From IMG/VR virus record IMGVR_UViG_2529292907_000016: a stretch of DNA of 42,684 bases; one strand, given 5' to 3'. The notes beneath the pieces are model-generated. The model searched no databases. It saw only the letters and a program-made list of their open reading frames with translations, and was not told the origin of the DNA. Source of the stretch: a virus (Duplodnaviria; Heunggongvirae; Uroviricota; Caudoviricetes). Made by a program: the position numbers and the translations under genes. How positions within the stretch are numbered: the stretch's first letter is position 1; each line of letters starts with the position of its first letter. Positions 17,811 to 28,391 of this stretch are shown here, piece after piece.

Positions 17811-19312
17811 TCACAAAATGAAACGGATCTGCGCGGCCATGAAGCGGAACTGGTTAACCAGATCCGGTGTACACATCACATCCAGACGGTTACGGTCTTT
17901 TGTGTTGCGCTCCACGAGCAGATTCTTTTTAAAGGTGTCCAGATTTTCGACCAGCCCGAGTTCCACCCATTCTTCCCCCAGTGCAATCAGCTGGAGCGTC
18001 ATAATCTCCGGCGTCACGATATTCTGACCGGGCCGGACGGGAGTACCGTTATCGGCCAGTTTGTGGCGCGGGAAACGCTGCGTGATAAAGGTGCGCAGGG
18101 AATAACGCAGATATGACAGGGTGTAGATGGTTTCTACATCCAGATAGCTGGGATCGCTTTCGCCGTATGCATTCTGACGGTACATCGTCACCTGACGTTC
18201 AATCTGCACCACATCAGCGGCCGCAACGGTCACCGTGGACATGCCGGTATAAAGCAGGCTGTTTCGCTCTTCCCGCGTCAGACGAGCCGGTGCTTCAGGT
18301 GCCATACGGGCAGGCAGCGCCAGTGTCTGTAATGGTCGGGCCGGATCCGTTGACAGGGAGGGCGCACAGACCGCACAAATGGAGGCCGCCCAGACATAAT
18401 CCGGCTCTGGTGCTTTAGGAATAGAAGTGCAGGTAAACAGGAAGTCATTACGGGATTCACCAAAACTGGTTGCCGTACCGAAGGTGCCGGTATGCGCCAT
18501 CCAGACCATACCGTCCGACATTTTTACCGGTCCCCAGCGTTTCAGCAGTTCATCCGCCAGAATTTTGAGATTTGCCGCATCCTTATAGGGCATGACGATG
18601 TAGTTGTACTGACGATTCCCCATCCCTGAGACGCTACGGGTGATATCGGGGTTTGTTGCCTTCTGTGTTGGCGCGACGAGCTCCAGCGTAAGACCGGCCG
18701 GTGTAGTTTCACCGTCATAATAGTTCACCCGTAAATCATGAGCTGAGCATTCACCGATAAAGCGGGCGTTAACCCCCATGCTCCCTTTAAGTCCTTCAGC
18801 ATTATCACCACTGACTTCAGCTGCGATAGCAGTGAATGGCGCATCAGTGTCAGCGTTAATGACCTTAGCCAGCTCTTCCACAAGCTCTTTACCTTTTTCC
18901 CCTTACTGACGGGCAGGAGGTAACGGCGACCGCCGATGTAAACACTTAACACCCCGTCTGCCAATGCTGTTCCAATGATATTCATCACGCATGCCCTGGA
19001 CTGACCTGTTCCAGCCCCCTGTGCAATGGCATATAACTCTGTGTCAGGGTTAATGGCGATAAATTCCTCTACCATCAGTGCAATCATGGAACCTCGCCCC
19101 CAGAGTTCTCTTGCTTGTGAAGCTCGGGTAATACGTACTGGTACATCAAGCTGACCGCGCCCCTGAATGGTGGTGTCTTTCATTGCAGCCTGACCAAACA
19201 ACAGTACCGCCTGACGCTGTGGTGGAGTGCCGGTCACGGCCATTGAATTATTGATTTCAATCTGTACCAGCGGAATGCGATTGTTATCGCCGATATAATC
19301 AAAGTTAATCAT
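17811..19312 (-). pseudogene. Tail sheath gene (Mu L-like) split by a frameshift in a T5 homopolymer near 18894-18898
   Basis: ORFs 18725..19312 and 17811..18881 together give ~495 aa; frames differ by 1 nt. Confidence 0.7.
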
Positions 19313-19599
19313 CAGGACGTCCCCTTGTCTGATGCTGCGGGTTTTTCAGTCGCGGGTTTTTCAGTCGCAGGTTTTTCTGCTGCCGCTCCCGCGGGTTTTC
19401 CGGCGGCATCAGTCGTTGCAGACGCTGCTGCCGGTGCTGCTTCAGCCGCTTTTTCCACCACAATGACGTCCCCGTCATTAAGACGGCGGCACCAGAACGG
19501 GGTGAAGGGTTTTTCCTCTCCCTCCTGCGCCAGCGGTTTCATGGTGTCCGGATCGCGGATCAGGCATCCCGGCGCGGGTTTGATAAAAATGGTTGTCAT
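19312..19599 (-). CDS. Hypothetical protein (Mu gp38-like), C-terminal TEKPA peptide repeats
   Basis: 95-aa ORF; C-terminus ...EKPATEKPATEKPAA from three 15-bp tandem repeats. Confidence 0.5.
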   Translation of the reverse strand: MTTIFIKPAPGCLIRDPDTMKPLAQEGEEKPFTPFWCRRLNDGDVIVVEKAAEAAPAAASATTDAAGKPAGAAAEKPATEKPATEKPAASDKGTS

Positions 19600-19602
19600 C
19601 TG

Positions 19603-20166
19603 TTATTCCTCTGACGGTCCGGCTTTTTCACCGGCGGCGGTTGCACCTGGCAGGCTGATGTGCGCCTTAAATTCCGGTGTGCCTTCCGGTTCGGTGAAGG
19701 TTTCGTAATGGCGCAGGAAATCATCCAGCGAGCTGATATCAGTCAGCGGTGCGATCATTTCCTCGCAGGAGAAATAAAGCGCATACATCACCGCGCCACT
19801 GTCGGCCTGCGTTTCGGTGTAACCGTTGACCGCCTTTTCAAAGTAAAGCGGTGAGGTTTTTTCGGTTCTGAAGCCGTCCAGCACGGTAATCAGGCGGGCC
19901 ACAATCTGATAAAGCCCGGGACGGCTGACCTCACGGCCATTGAGCATGTCGCCGATGACGTAGAACACCCAGTGGCTGACCAGACGCCCACGGGTACGGC
20001 CTTCACCGGCACCCAGCCAGGCAACGTAGATCGCCGGGGCGCTAATCAGCATGGTGCGCAGCACACTGTCGCTCCAGTCGCCGGGATGCGTGTCAACTGA
20101 CACCAGTTCATTCCCGAAATACTCACGGATACGGGCGATGTACGCTTGCTCGGTTTCCGTAATCAT
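19603..20166 (-). CDS. Tail completion/neck protein candidate (Mu gp37-like)
   Basis: Synteny between head and sheath genes. Confidence 0.5.
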   Translation of the reverse strand: MITETEQAYIARIREYFGNELVSVDTHPGDWSDSVLRTMLISAPAIYVAWLGAGEGRTRGRLVSHWVFYVIGDMLNGREVSRPGLYQIVARLITVLDGFRTEKTSPLYFEKAVNGYTETQADSGAVMYALYFSCEEMIAPLTDISSLDDFLRHYETFTEPEGTPEFKAHISLPGATAAGEKAGPSEE

Positions 20167-20582
20167 ATAAAGCCCTTCTGGTTGCGCCCGAACACCGCCG
20201 CATCAGACTGCACCTGCGGTAAATCCCCGGATTCAGGGGCCGCACCGTCTGTATCCACGCCGACCGGCACGTTACCGTTCATGACATCTTTCAGCCAGGC
20301 CAGCGCCTCACGGTAACGGTCACGCGCCTGATCGGATGCCCGCTGATCGCACAGGTAATAAAAGGCAATCGTGCAGCAATGCTGAACAAGGACCGCCGGA
20401 ACCACCGCCAGCGGCAGCGTGTAACGGGCAGACAGGTAACTGTCGATAAGGGCAGACGCGTCCGTCAGTGCCCGGTTCAGCTTGCGCGCGTCCGGCTCAT
20501 CCGAACGGGGCACGGCCAGTAATGGCCTGAGCAAATCCTCGCGGTAACGTGCCCGCATATCGGTTTCGGTGGCGTAATTCAT
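20163..20582 (-). CDS. Head-tail joining protein candidate (Mu gp36-like)
   Basis: Synteny; start overlaps upstream stop. Confidence 0.5.
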   Translation of the reverse strand: MNYATETDMRARYREDLLRPLLAVPRSDEPDARKLNRALTDASALIDSYLSARYTLPLAVVPAVLVQHCCTIAFYYLCDQRASDQARDRYREALAWLKDVMNGNVPVGVDTDGAAPESGDLPQVQSDAAVFGRNQKGFI

Positions 20583-20932
20583 GCGCGAGCCTTTTTCGCC
20601 TGTCTGGCGTTATTGCCGGTCTTTTTCCGGGGAGCATCCTGTCCGGCTTCGGCTAAATCTGCACCGGTCTCTGCATGAACCACACCCGCCACGGCTCCCG
20701 CATCATCACCAGGCGTCTGTAGTATTCGTACAGTGAGGCATGGCTCCGCTTCCAGTCGGGCAAGCTGCTCCGGGGTGACGTCAACCTGCTGGCGTCCCCG
20801 CATGAACAGGAACCCCGCACGACGAAACTGCGCACGACTGCAACGCACTTCTGCCAGTACCGTGACAGGACTGTCACCACTGACCTGAAGGCCTGAATCA
20901 TCTGTTGCTGCCACAGTGTGATGTTCATTCAT
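20579..20932 (-). CDS. Hypothetical head-associated protein
   Basis: 117-aa ORF after major head gene. Confidence 0.45.
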   Translation of the reverse strand: MNEHHTVAATDDSGLQVSGDSPVTVLAEVRCSRAQFRRAGFLFMRGRQQVDVTPEQLARLEAEPCLTVRILQTPGDDAGAVAGVVHAETGADLAEAGQDAPRKKTGNNARQAKKARA

Positions 20933-20975
20933 ATTTGCCCTCCGCAGGGGCCGGGCCGTAAGCCCGGCTCACCGT

Positions 20976-21923
20976 TTACAGATAATCCGCGACAACCAGC
21001 TCCAGCTTGCCCTTCATCTCGTTAGAGACGGTGGTGTTACCGTCCGCGAACAGCTCGCGCTCCAGCAGCTGCACCGCCTGTTTTTCCAGCGAGGTGGGGA
21101 CAACAATATGGGTGGGTTTGATGCCGAGTTTGCGGCCACCGTCAGCCTTAAAGTCACGCATGGCTGACCAGCCGTGCCACAGCGCATCCAGCGTCAGCGG
21201 TGACTGCATCATGTAGGCCATCTGCCAGAAGCCGTAGCCCACATTGCGACGGGCGGAAGCACCGAACACAAACTCGTTATCAGTAAACGCACGGCCTTCA
21301 TCGACTTTTGTCTGGGCAACCAGTTCGGCCTTGCGGCGATCCTGATAAATCAGCGGTTTTACCGCGCGGGAGCAGTCAAGCAGATACCAGGCCGGGCCGC
21401 TGTAATCCGCCTGTGCACCGACAGAGCCGGTTTTTGCCACAAACATATTGCTGACCATCTGTGCATCACCGGAGCCATCCACTTTGGGGTAAACAGGGTG
21501 TTCGGTATCAAAGAAGTTCTGGCCGTCATAGCAGGCCGCATTCAGACCATCACGCAGTGCAGCAAAGACCAGTTCATCCGGTTGTGCCGCCGCAGCGCGC
21601 CCCATCTCCTGGAACAACGGGGAGTAGATGCCAAGATTGTCGTCTTCAAAGTCATCGCGGCTAATGGCAACGGTGCCTTCAAAGGTTTTGTTCACGATGG
21701 CGTAGCCATAGGCTTTCATCTTCTCGATGACGCGGGAGCCGATCCACTCACGGAACTGCGGGAACTGCCCCAGCCAGCCGTAGGTGTTGGATTTCGACGT
21801 GGACGGTACGGTCATCGCAATTTTCTGGTACTGAGACGGAGCCATGGACATCCCGGCCTGAAAATCAGAACGGTAGCCCGTCATCAGGGCGGTGATCATC
21901 GCCGGTGTGATCGGGGTAGGCAT
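20976..21923 (-). CDS. Major head subunit (Mu T-like)
   Basis: 315-aa ORF after the protease/scaffold gene. Confidence 0.7.
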   Translation of the reverse strand: MPTPITPAMITALMTGYRSDFQAGMSMAPSQYQKIAMTVPSTSKSNTYGWLGQFPQFREWIGSRVIEKMKAYGYAIVNKTFEGTVAISRDDFEDDNLGIYSPLFQEMGRAAAAQPDELVFAALRDGLNAACYDGQNFFDTEHPVYPKVDGSGDAQMVSNMFVAKTGSVGAQADYSGPAWYLLDCSRAVKPLIYQDRRKAELVAQTKVDEGRAFTDNEFVFGASARRNVGYGFWQMAYMMQSPLTLDALWHGWSAMRDFKADGGRKLGIKPTHIVVPTSLEKQAVQLLERELFADGNTTVSNEMKGKLELVVADYL

Positions 21924-23047
21924 TATTGCATTTCCTCTTTCATTTTCAGGAACTCGGCTTCGGTTTTACCCAGCAGATGGGCGGCGGCGATATCTTCAGC
22001 CGACAGCGCAGCGGTGGCGGTCTTTTTATCCGGCACGGTTACGGTGTCGGTCTGAAGAGTGGTCAGAGCCGCAACCGGCTGGCGGGCGTCAAGCTGTGCA
22101 GAAAGTGCCGCAACACCAAGCTGTTGTCCGAGTCCTTCCATGTATCCGCGTTCGCTTTTGAAAATGCGTCCTTCGGACTCGGCCTTATCCAGCAACTGCT
22201 CCAGCGTGGTGCTGCCGTGTTGTGCCGACAACGCGACATATTCGGTACGCAGGGCGTTATACGTCTCAACGGGCACGTATTTCGTCAGATCAATAGTGCC
22301 GCCAGTTGGTGTGCCTTTTGCGGTTTCCAGCTCTGCCGACAGGCTGGCAACCTGCGTTTTCAGGGTGTCGTGCGCATCCGCACGGGTTTTGATCCCGGTA
22401 AGGGCAGACAGCGCCGCCGTGCCCAGTTCCGGTGTAAATTCGTCACCGTCGGCCACGGTCAGACCGAGCGCCGTCAGCAACTGGCGTAATTGCTCATTCA
22501 TGGAGGTGTCCTTTAAAGGAGGGTTTAAGGCGTTATAAAGGTCATCCGCCGACAGTGCGGCGACAGGATTCATGCCAGTCAGACCGGGGTCACCGGTAAT
22601 AGCCAGCATCCGAAGCTCAACAGGTTCACCGGTGATTTCGTCATAACCAATCACCGGGGAAAACCAGGGAAATTCGTTATTGCGCAGGTGTTCAATGGCC
22701 GGAGGGTTCCAGTCCGGACGCACTTCAAAACCCCGCTCTTCACTGAAGCGGAAGTTTTCCGGTGAGGCCATGACAAAACCGGCAGCCGGTGCCGGATGCC
22801 CCTTAATCAGGGTCTGGTGGTTGTAGTCAATTTTTACCGGCTGATTGAGCGCCACAACCCGGGATACCATGCGCTCAACGGCCGCATGGTTAATCAGCCA
22901 GCCTTCCGCCGGTTTTTCCGGGCGACCGTCACGGGCCTTTACCCGACCGGCTGGCATGATCTGACACCAGTCACCGTCCCCGTCTGCGGACAGGCTGATG
23001 GCATTCAGAATGGCATAAGCAAGTTTGGGCGTGTTTTTCGTCTTCAT
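21923..23047 (-). CDS. Head maturation protease/scaffold (Mu I-like)
   Basis: 374-aa ORF with Ala-rich coiled C-terminal half, upstream of major head gene. Confidence 0.65.
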   Translation of the reverse strand: MKTKNTPKLAYAILNAISLSADGDGDWCQIMPAGRVKARDGRPEKPAEGWLINHAAVERMVSRVVALNQPVKIDYNHQTLIKGHPAPAAGFVMASPENFRFSEERGFEVRPDWNPPAIEHLRNNEFPWFSPVIGYDEITGEPVELRMLAITGDPGLTGMNPVAALSADDLYNALNPPLKDTSMNEQLRQLLTALGLTVADGDEFTPELGTAALSALTGIKTRADAHDTLKTQVASLSAELETAKGTPTGGTIDLTKYVPVETYNALRTEYVALSAQHGSTTLEQLLDKAESEGRIFKSERGYMEGLGQQLGVAALSAQLDARQPVAALTTLQTDTVTVPDKKTATAALSAEDIAAAHLLGKTEAEFLKMKEEMQ

Positions 23048-23224
23048 TCCGGCAGCATAAGCCGGTGTTTTTCGGGGCCGGTTTTGCGGGACTTCAGAAA
23101 GTGCTGACAGGGGAAAAATGAGAAAGGCGCTTCACGCAGATTTTAAAGCCCGTTAAATACAGGTTAGAAAATCACGACACGCGCCTGAAGAGGGTAAGGT
23201 AATGCGTTTGTATACCTTAAACCA
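23048..23224. promoter_or_regulatory. G-I intergenic region: candidate late promoter and possible strong-gyrase-site equivalent
   Basis: Only sizeable intergenic gap in the head cluster; in Mu the PI promoter and the strong gyrase site lie between G and I. Confidence 0.3.
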
Positions 23225-23698
23225 TTACGGCGTTTCTGTGGCCTTTTTAAAGCGTTTTCTGATTTCGTCCATGATCTCCTGTTCTGCCACCTGATCAAAG
23301 CCCATATACGGACGTGCGCCAATGGCCGCCGGTCCCGGTGGCATACCAGGCAGGCCACCCCACTGATGAATGGCCGCATAAGGTTCATTTGATCCAATCA
23401 GCGCCCAGGTATCGCCATAATCCGTGGTCAGGCGGCGGGCCAGATCGCCGTTCAGTGTCAGGATTTTGCCGGGCGTGTATCCCTTACGGGTACGCCACTT
23501 GCGGTAAGGATCTGACCAGTCATGCCAGCGTTCGCCGTCCGGCTCTTTTTCCTGTTCAAACGCCATTTCTGACGAGGACAGAAGACTCTCCGCCACACTG
23601 CGGGCCAGGTCTTTTCCGCCGCCCACAAACTGAAGCCGGGCAAACACCCGCTGGAGACGCGTAACGTCAACAACGACAGCGGCATCAATGGATGACAT
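23225..23698 (-). CDS. Virion morphogenesis protein (Mu G-like)
   Basis: 157-aa ORF between F-like and I-like genes. Confidence 0.6.
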   Translation of the reverse strand: MSSIDAAVVVDVTRLQRVFARLQFVGGGKDLARSVAESLLSSSEMAFEQEKEPDGERWHDWSDPYRKWRTRKGYTPGKILTLNGDLARRLTTDYGDTWALIGSNEPYAAIHQWGGLPGMPPGPAAIGARPYMGFDQVAEQEIMDEIRKRFKKATETP

Positions 23699-23819
23699 AT
23701 TGCCTCCGCATAAAGGATGAATATAAAATAAACAGGCGGTCAGTGTACGCTTAACTGGTAAAGTCGGTGCCTGCCTCCGGGTGGATCATGTATGCGGGTT
23801 CGACCCCCGCCACTGACCG

Positions 23820-25151
23820 TTAATCAATTTGTCCTTCCAGCACCTCAAGCATTCCGCCCCGGATATCCGATTTCAGCTTATCCATATTGATAACCCGGTA
23901 AGCATTCACAATCACATCCAGTTTGTCGGGCTGACGTTTCAGACTGTACGGTGCATTAACGGCAATCTGCACACTGCCATCCTTATTTTCCACGATATAC
24001 ATCAGATTTTTGTGCCGTTTGTCCCACAGCACCGCTTTTGGCTTTGCCAGCATTGCCGGTAAGCGCCCGAAGTCCTCTGGCATCAGGGCGATGCCGTCAT
24101 TCTGATGTTTCACACTGTCTGCATGGAGCACATTTTTACCGCTCATCGCCAGCAGGCGGGCCGGTGGCGTTCCCGTCCGGCTTTCCACTGCCTGCGCAAT
24201 GCTTTCAGTCATAAAGCCCAGCGTGCGGATATCGTTACCACCTCGCCGGGTCTGCATGATGTTTTTTGCCCAGATGCGGAACGCCAGCTGCCGCTCCGGG
24301 CTGTTGTTCATCTCCTGAACCACCATTTCCCGTAACGCCGGGCTTTTCACCTCGATCAGTTTGCGGATCAGCGCCTGGTCTGTGCCGAACGCTGCCGAGC
24401 CGGGGTTATATGACCAGCCCACATCCGGTGTCATGGTTCTGGTGCCATCTGAATATGTGGTCACCGGCATTTCTCTGACTTCTCCGGTCTGTTTATCCAC
24501 GCCAGCCTCAACATTGCGGGTGGAGAGATGATCCTCACCGGATGAAACGGATAACCCCATTGCATCCAGACGAGCCTGAGACAATGGCCGCACACGGCAG
24601 CGGCAGTTCCAGCCATTAGGTGGGTAGTGTGTTTTCCAGAACGGATCGTCATAGCGGAATACCAGACCGTTAAGGGCGGAATGCGACGGGCGGGTACGGC
24701 TGTCCATGACCGCCACATACTGCCAGAACGGATGCGTGTCCGTGTTGTTCATCATCTGCGTGTAACGCCCGGCATTGTAAGCCACACGGGTGTTCACGTT
24801 GTAAATCAGCGCCAGACGACGGGGACTGCCCAGTTGCACTTCTTCCGCGTTACCGTCGCTGTCCACCACAATCTGCTTTCCCCACCATCCCAGCTTTTGC
24901 AGGCGTGGCGTCAGCGTGCGGATAAATGCTTTCTGTGAAATTCCCTCATCAATGGCCCGCTGCACTTCGGCCTGTAACGTGGTCACCACATCCAGGCGTG
25001 CCGCTTTTGCTGCCGTGAATGAGCGGGCATGAACATCCGCGGCTGTTTCGAACCAGTTCCAGCTGATATGCGCCCCTTTGACACGGAAGTATGCTACCGC
25101 CTCTTTTGAGGGAAGCGTGGCGGCATAACCTAAATCAATCCCCTGTGTCAT
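23820..25151 (-). CDS. Head morphogenesis protein (Mu F-like)
   Basis: 443-aa ORF directly after portal gene. Confidence 0.7.
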   Translation of the reverse strand: MTQGIDLGYAATLPSKEAVAYFRVKGAHISWNWFETAADVHARSFTAAKAARLDVVTTLQAEVQRAIDEGISQKAFIRTLTPRLQKLGWWGKQIVVDSDGNAEEVQLGSPRRLALIYNVNTRVAYNAGRYTQMMNNTDTHPFWQYVAVMDSRTRPSHSALNGLVFRYDDPFWKTHYPPNGWNCRCRVRPLSQARLDAMGLSVSSGEDHLSTRNVEAGVDKQTGEVREMPVTTYSDGTRTMTPDVGWSYNPGSAAFGTDQALIRKLIEVKSPALREMVVQEMNNSPERQLAFRIWAKNIMQTRRGGNDIRTLGFMTESIAQAVESRTGTPPARLLAMSGKNVLHADSVKHQNDGIALMPEDFGRLPAMLAKPKAVLWDKRHKNLMYIVENKDGSVQIAVNAPYSLKRQPDKLDVIVNAYRVINMDKLKSDIRGGMLEVLEGQID

Positions 25152-26724
25152 CCAGCATCCCCTTCATTTCCGCAGCAAACATGGCATCACTGAGCAGCGT
25201 CATCAGGCGGGAATCATCCATTTCACGATAAAGGGCAGGCAGGTCTGCCAGCGCATCCGCCAGCCCCCGCGTTCTGATGGCATCAATGACCGGCTCCAGT
25301 ACCGGGTCGATGGCCTCCTGTAAGCGGCGGGCAGGCACCGCGTCCCCCATATCATCCAGTTCATCACGCGGCGTGCTTTTCGCTTCCGGCAGTCTGGCTG
25401 ACAGCGCCGTCTGCTCTGTTTTTTCCTGTTTTTCCGGTGGTGTTTCCCTGTCGGTCTGAGCCGGTTCATTGCCACTCTGACGGACACGGAATATGGCTTC
25501 ACCGGGCGTGGGCTGCGGAATACCGGTCTGCTCCCGTATCCAGGGATCAGAAATATCCATCCCCGTACTGAGCTGCATCACCGCACTGGTGATTTTGGTG
25601 ATATCACCTGGTTCTTTGGTCTGGAAGCAGATACGTGGCAGACGGCGGATATCAATAGTGTGCGTGGTGTTCAGGGCGTACAGCGGATACACCAGATCGC
25701 GGTTCAGGGTTGCAGCCAGCTGCCGTAAATCAGAATCCCTGATTTCCCGGCGCACCTCGTTATGCACCTCACCCAGCGAGCGCGCGCCTTTGTCTCCGGC
25801 TTCCGTGGTCAGCGTGCCGCCGAGTATTGCTTTGGAGATGGAACGCTCCCCCCACGAAATCATGGTTTCAAATGGATCGGCCTGACCGTTTGCTGCCGCC
25901 TGAAATTCCAGCGACATCCCGGCCGGGATGATCCCGCCTGTACGTCGCCCGATATCCATCACCGCCCGCATCAGGGCGCTTTTCTGCTCCGGTGTTGCCC
26001 CGGACGGGTATTTCCCGACCTTCATCGGCAGTCCGTACACCTCCAGAAATTCGGCCAGATCGCGCACGGAATAGTTTTTGAAAATGAACGGCCAGATAAG
26101 CGTCCTGACAAGCCCCGTTGCGCCACCGTAACCGGTCCGTGAACGTGACTGATGCACTATCCAGCCAAAAGGCTGAAACGCCACCCCGGCATGGCTGCCG
26201 TCACGCAGCCGCAGTTCGCTCAAATCATCCGGGTTAAGGCAGAAATGCCCGCTGTCACGCCAGCGGATGGCGCGGATGATGTGCATTTTACCGAGCATCC
26301 CGTGCTCAATTTCCATGCAGGAATAGCCCTTCAGGATGGCATCCGTGGCGTCAAACAGCATGGCATCAAACCAGTCTGCGGAATGCAGATATTCGTCGAG
26401 CATTTCCGCGTCCTTTTTCTCATTCGCGCTGGCGTTCGGTGGCGGCTCAATACTCCATGGCACCCCCTGAATGGCAAGACGTCGCTTGCCCAGCTCCGCA
26501 AAAAGGTGGGTGTCCTTTTCTTCAATATCAGCGGCCAGATCGGACTGGGCAATCAGATCGCCACGTTCAGCCCCGCGAAGGCACTGCGCCGCCCGGTTCG
26601 GGGTGATACCCGAAGCCGGATGTTCAATATAACGGCTGGCAATCTGCGGAATATCCAGCGCGGCACTCTGCATCTCCGGGTCAAAGGAGAAAGGTTTTCC
26701 GTCAGTATCAATGATGCGTCCCAC
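25135..26724 (-). CDS. Portal protein (Mu gp29/H-like)
   Basis: 529-aa ORF following large terminase. Confidence 0.75.
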   Translation of the reverse strand: MGRIIDTDGKPFSFDPEMQSAALDIPQIASRYIEHPASGITPNRAAQCLRGAERGDLIAQSDLAADIEEKDTHLFAELGKRRLAIQGVPWSIEPPPNASANEKKDAEMLDEYLHSADWFDAMLFDATDAILKGYSCMEIEHGMLGKMHIIRAIRWRDSGHFCLNPDDLSELRLRDGSHAGVAFQPFGWIVHQSRSRTGYGGATGLVRTLIWPFIFKNYSVRDLAEFLEVYGLPMKVGKYPSGATPEQKSALMRAVMDIGRRTGGIIPAGMSLEFQAAANGQADPFETMISWGERSISKAILGGTLTTEAGDKGARSLGEVHNEVRREIRDSDLRQLAATLNRDLVYPLYALNTTHTIDIRRLPRICFQTKEPGDITKITSAVMQLSTGMDISDPWIREQTGIPQPTPGEAIFRVRQSGNEPAQTDRETPPEKQEKTEQTALSARLPEAKSTPRDELDDMGDAVPARRLQEAIDPVLEPVIDAIRTRGLADALADLPALYREMDDSRLMTLLSDAMFAAEMKGMLDDTGD

Positions 26725-28391
26725 TACCAGCCCCCCCGATCAAATTCATGATATGCCTCATCGTCATCACGATAACCGCCCTCCATTGCCCGCGACCGCT
26801 CCGGTAGCGCCTGACAGGCTGATTCATCCAGGATGAAGCCCTCCATGTATGACGCCCGGTTTGCCATACAGAGCGCCACGGCAAAATCACCATGGCGGCG
26901 GGCGTTCGCAGCCGTTGCGTTCTGGTCCTTCGTGCGCCCCTTGTCGATTTGCGGGATACCATTCACTACCTTCACATGGCGCAAATCATCAAGCGTGGTC
27001 TGATGGCGGGCGACGAGGATATTCTGATCTTCAAACTCGGCTTTCAGTTTTGGCATCCACTCGCCGTACCACTTCGGCGACAACATCACGCAGTCGATGA
27101 TATCCGGGCCAAAGGCCAGCAGTGCGGCCTCTGCCAGATAGCCGCCGTTACCGGTGGCGTCGAACGCCGCACCGACCAGCGCCGGAACGCGGGTCAGGAT
27201 GTACATCATCACCTGTTCCTGCTGGGCATACGGCAGGTTGCGCAGCTCCACGCGAAACACCTCGCGCTTTGCCAGGGATTCGGTGATTTCCAGCAGCACA
27301 AAGCAGGACAGGTCACCGGTGCGGGCAAAGTCTTCCCCGAAGCTGAAGCGGGAACGGGGATTTAATTTCTCTAAAAGCGGTTTTAAATGTTCTTCACACC
27401 AGGTTAAAACTTCCGATTCACGCAGCCATGCGGCACGGCTGATGAAGTTGTCCGGGGCTTCAAACGTCAGAATCGGGATGTCGCGGATCATCGCCATTTC
27501 AATAAGCGCGTGGGGGATATAGGCACCGCCGGATTTTTTCGGGATACAGCCGTATTCCTCGTCGGCATCCTCACGGGTCGGGGCGTTTTTGTAGAGATCA
27601 TCACGCCATTTCTGCTCGCTTTCCGGTGACCATTCCTGATCGGTGACGTAACAGATACGACGGTACAGCCCGTCCGCAATGGCATCATCCAGGGTTATGC
27701 GGTGGACGCTGTAATCCTTGCGCCCCTCGCGGGCTTCCTGAATGTACTGATTAAACAGATTATCGACGCCGTTATGCGTGGAGATAATACGCACGCGCGC
27801 GCCCCACATAGTGAGCGCCATTGCCGCCTTGAGAAGCTCATCCAGTGACTCGTGGAACGCGGCTTCATCAATCACCACATCCCCCTGAAGGCCGCGCAGG
27901 TTTGACGGACGGGAAGACAATGCCTGAATTTTGAATCCACTGTTCGGAAAGCGGATCATGTAGGTCAAAATTTCTTCTTTTTTATCCCGATCCCAGAATG
28001 TCTGCTCATACACATCAGCATCTGCCAGCTGGTTAAAGGCACGGGAGAACAGCGCGCAGGCAGAAATATATTCCAGCGCCATCTCCTGCTTTGATCCCAC
28101 ATAAAACACATTGCGGCCACCACGACGCTTCGGTTTTGCAGCAGTAATGACGTTACGCCCGGCTTCCGCCCAGGTAAGACCGGTGCGGCGGGATTTCTCC
28201 GCGATGCAGACCTGACTTTCATCTGCAAACCAGCGGGCCTGATAATCCAGAAACACCGGCATATCACCGGGCAAATCAAGGCTGTCCGGCACATCCACGC
28301 CCAGCAGGGCTTTTTCACCTGACAGATCAATTTTGCGGGGAGGCGTCATTTGCATCAGTGAAGGCGACGTTTCTCTGGCTTTGTTCATCAT
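26724..28391 (-). CDS. Terminase large subunit
   Basis: 555-aa ORF upstream of portal. Confidence 0.75.
   Translation of the reverse strand: MMNKARETSPSLMQMTPPRKIDLSGEKALLGVDVPDSLDLPGDMPVFLDYQARWFADESQVCIAEKSRRTGLTWAEAGRNVITAAKPKRRGGRNVFYVGSKQEMALEYISACALFSRAFNQLADADVYEQTFWDRDKKEEILTYMIRFPNSGFKIQALSSRPSNLRGLQGDVVIDEAAFHESLDELLKAAMALTMWGARVRIISTHNGVDNLFNQYIQEAREGRKDYSVHRITLDDAIADGLYRRICYVTDQEWSPESEQKWRDDLYKNAPTREDADEEYGCIPKKSGGAYIPHALIEMAMIRDIPILTFEAPDNFISRAAWLRESEVLTWCEEHLKPLLEKLNPRSRFSFGEDFARTGDLSCFVLLEITESLAKREVFRVELRNLPYAQQEQVMMYILTRVPALVGAAFDATGNGGYLAEAALLAFGPDIIDCVMLSPKWYGEWMPKLKAEFEDQNILVARHQTTLDDLRHVKVVNGIPQIDKGRTKDQNATAANARRHGDFAVALCMANRASYMEGFILDESACQALPERSRAMEGGYRDDDEAYHEFDRGGW

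Noticed and set aside
23760-23810. tRNA-like T-arm (GCGGG TTCGACC CCCGC) flanked by complementary 7-mers GTCAGTG/CACTGAC
   Set aside because: The intervening 48 nt do not fold into D and anticodon arms and there is no CCA; more likely a simple hairpin in the F-G gap.
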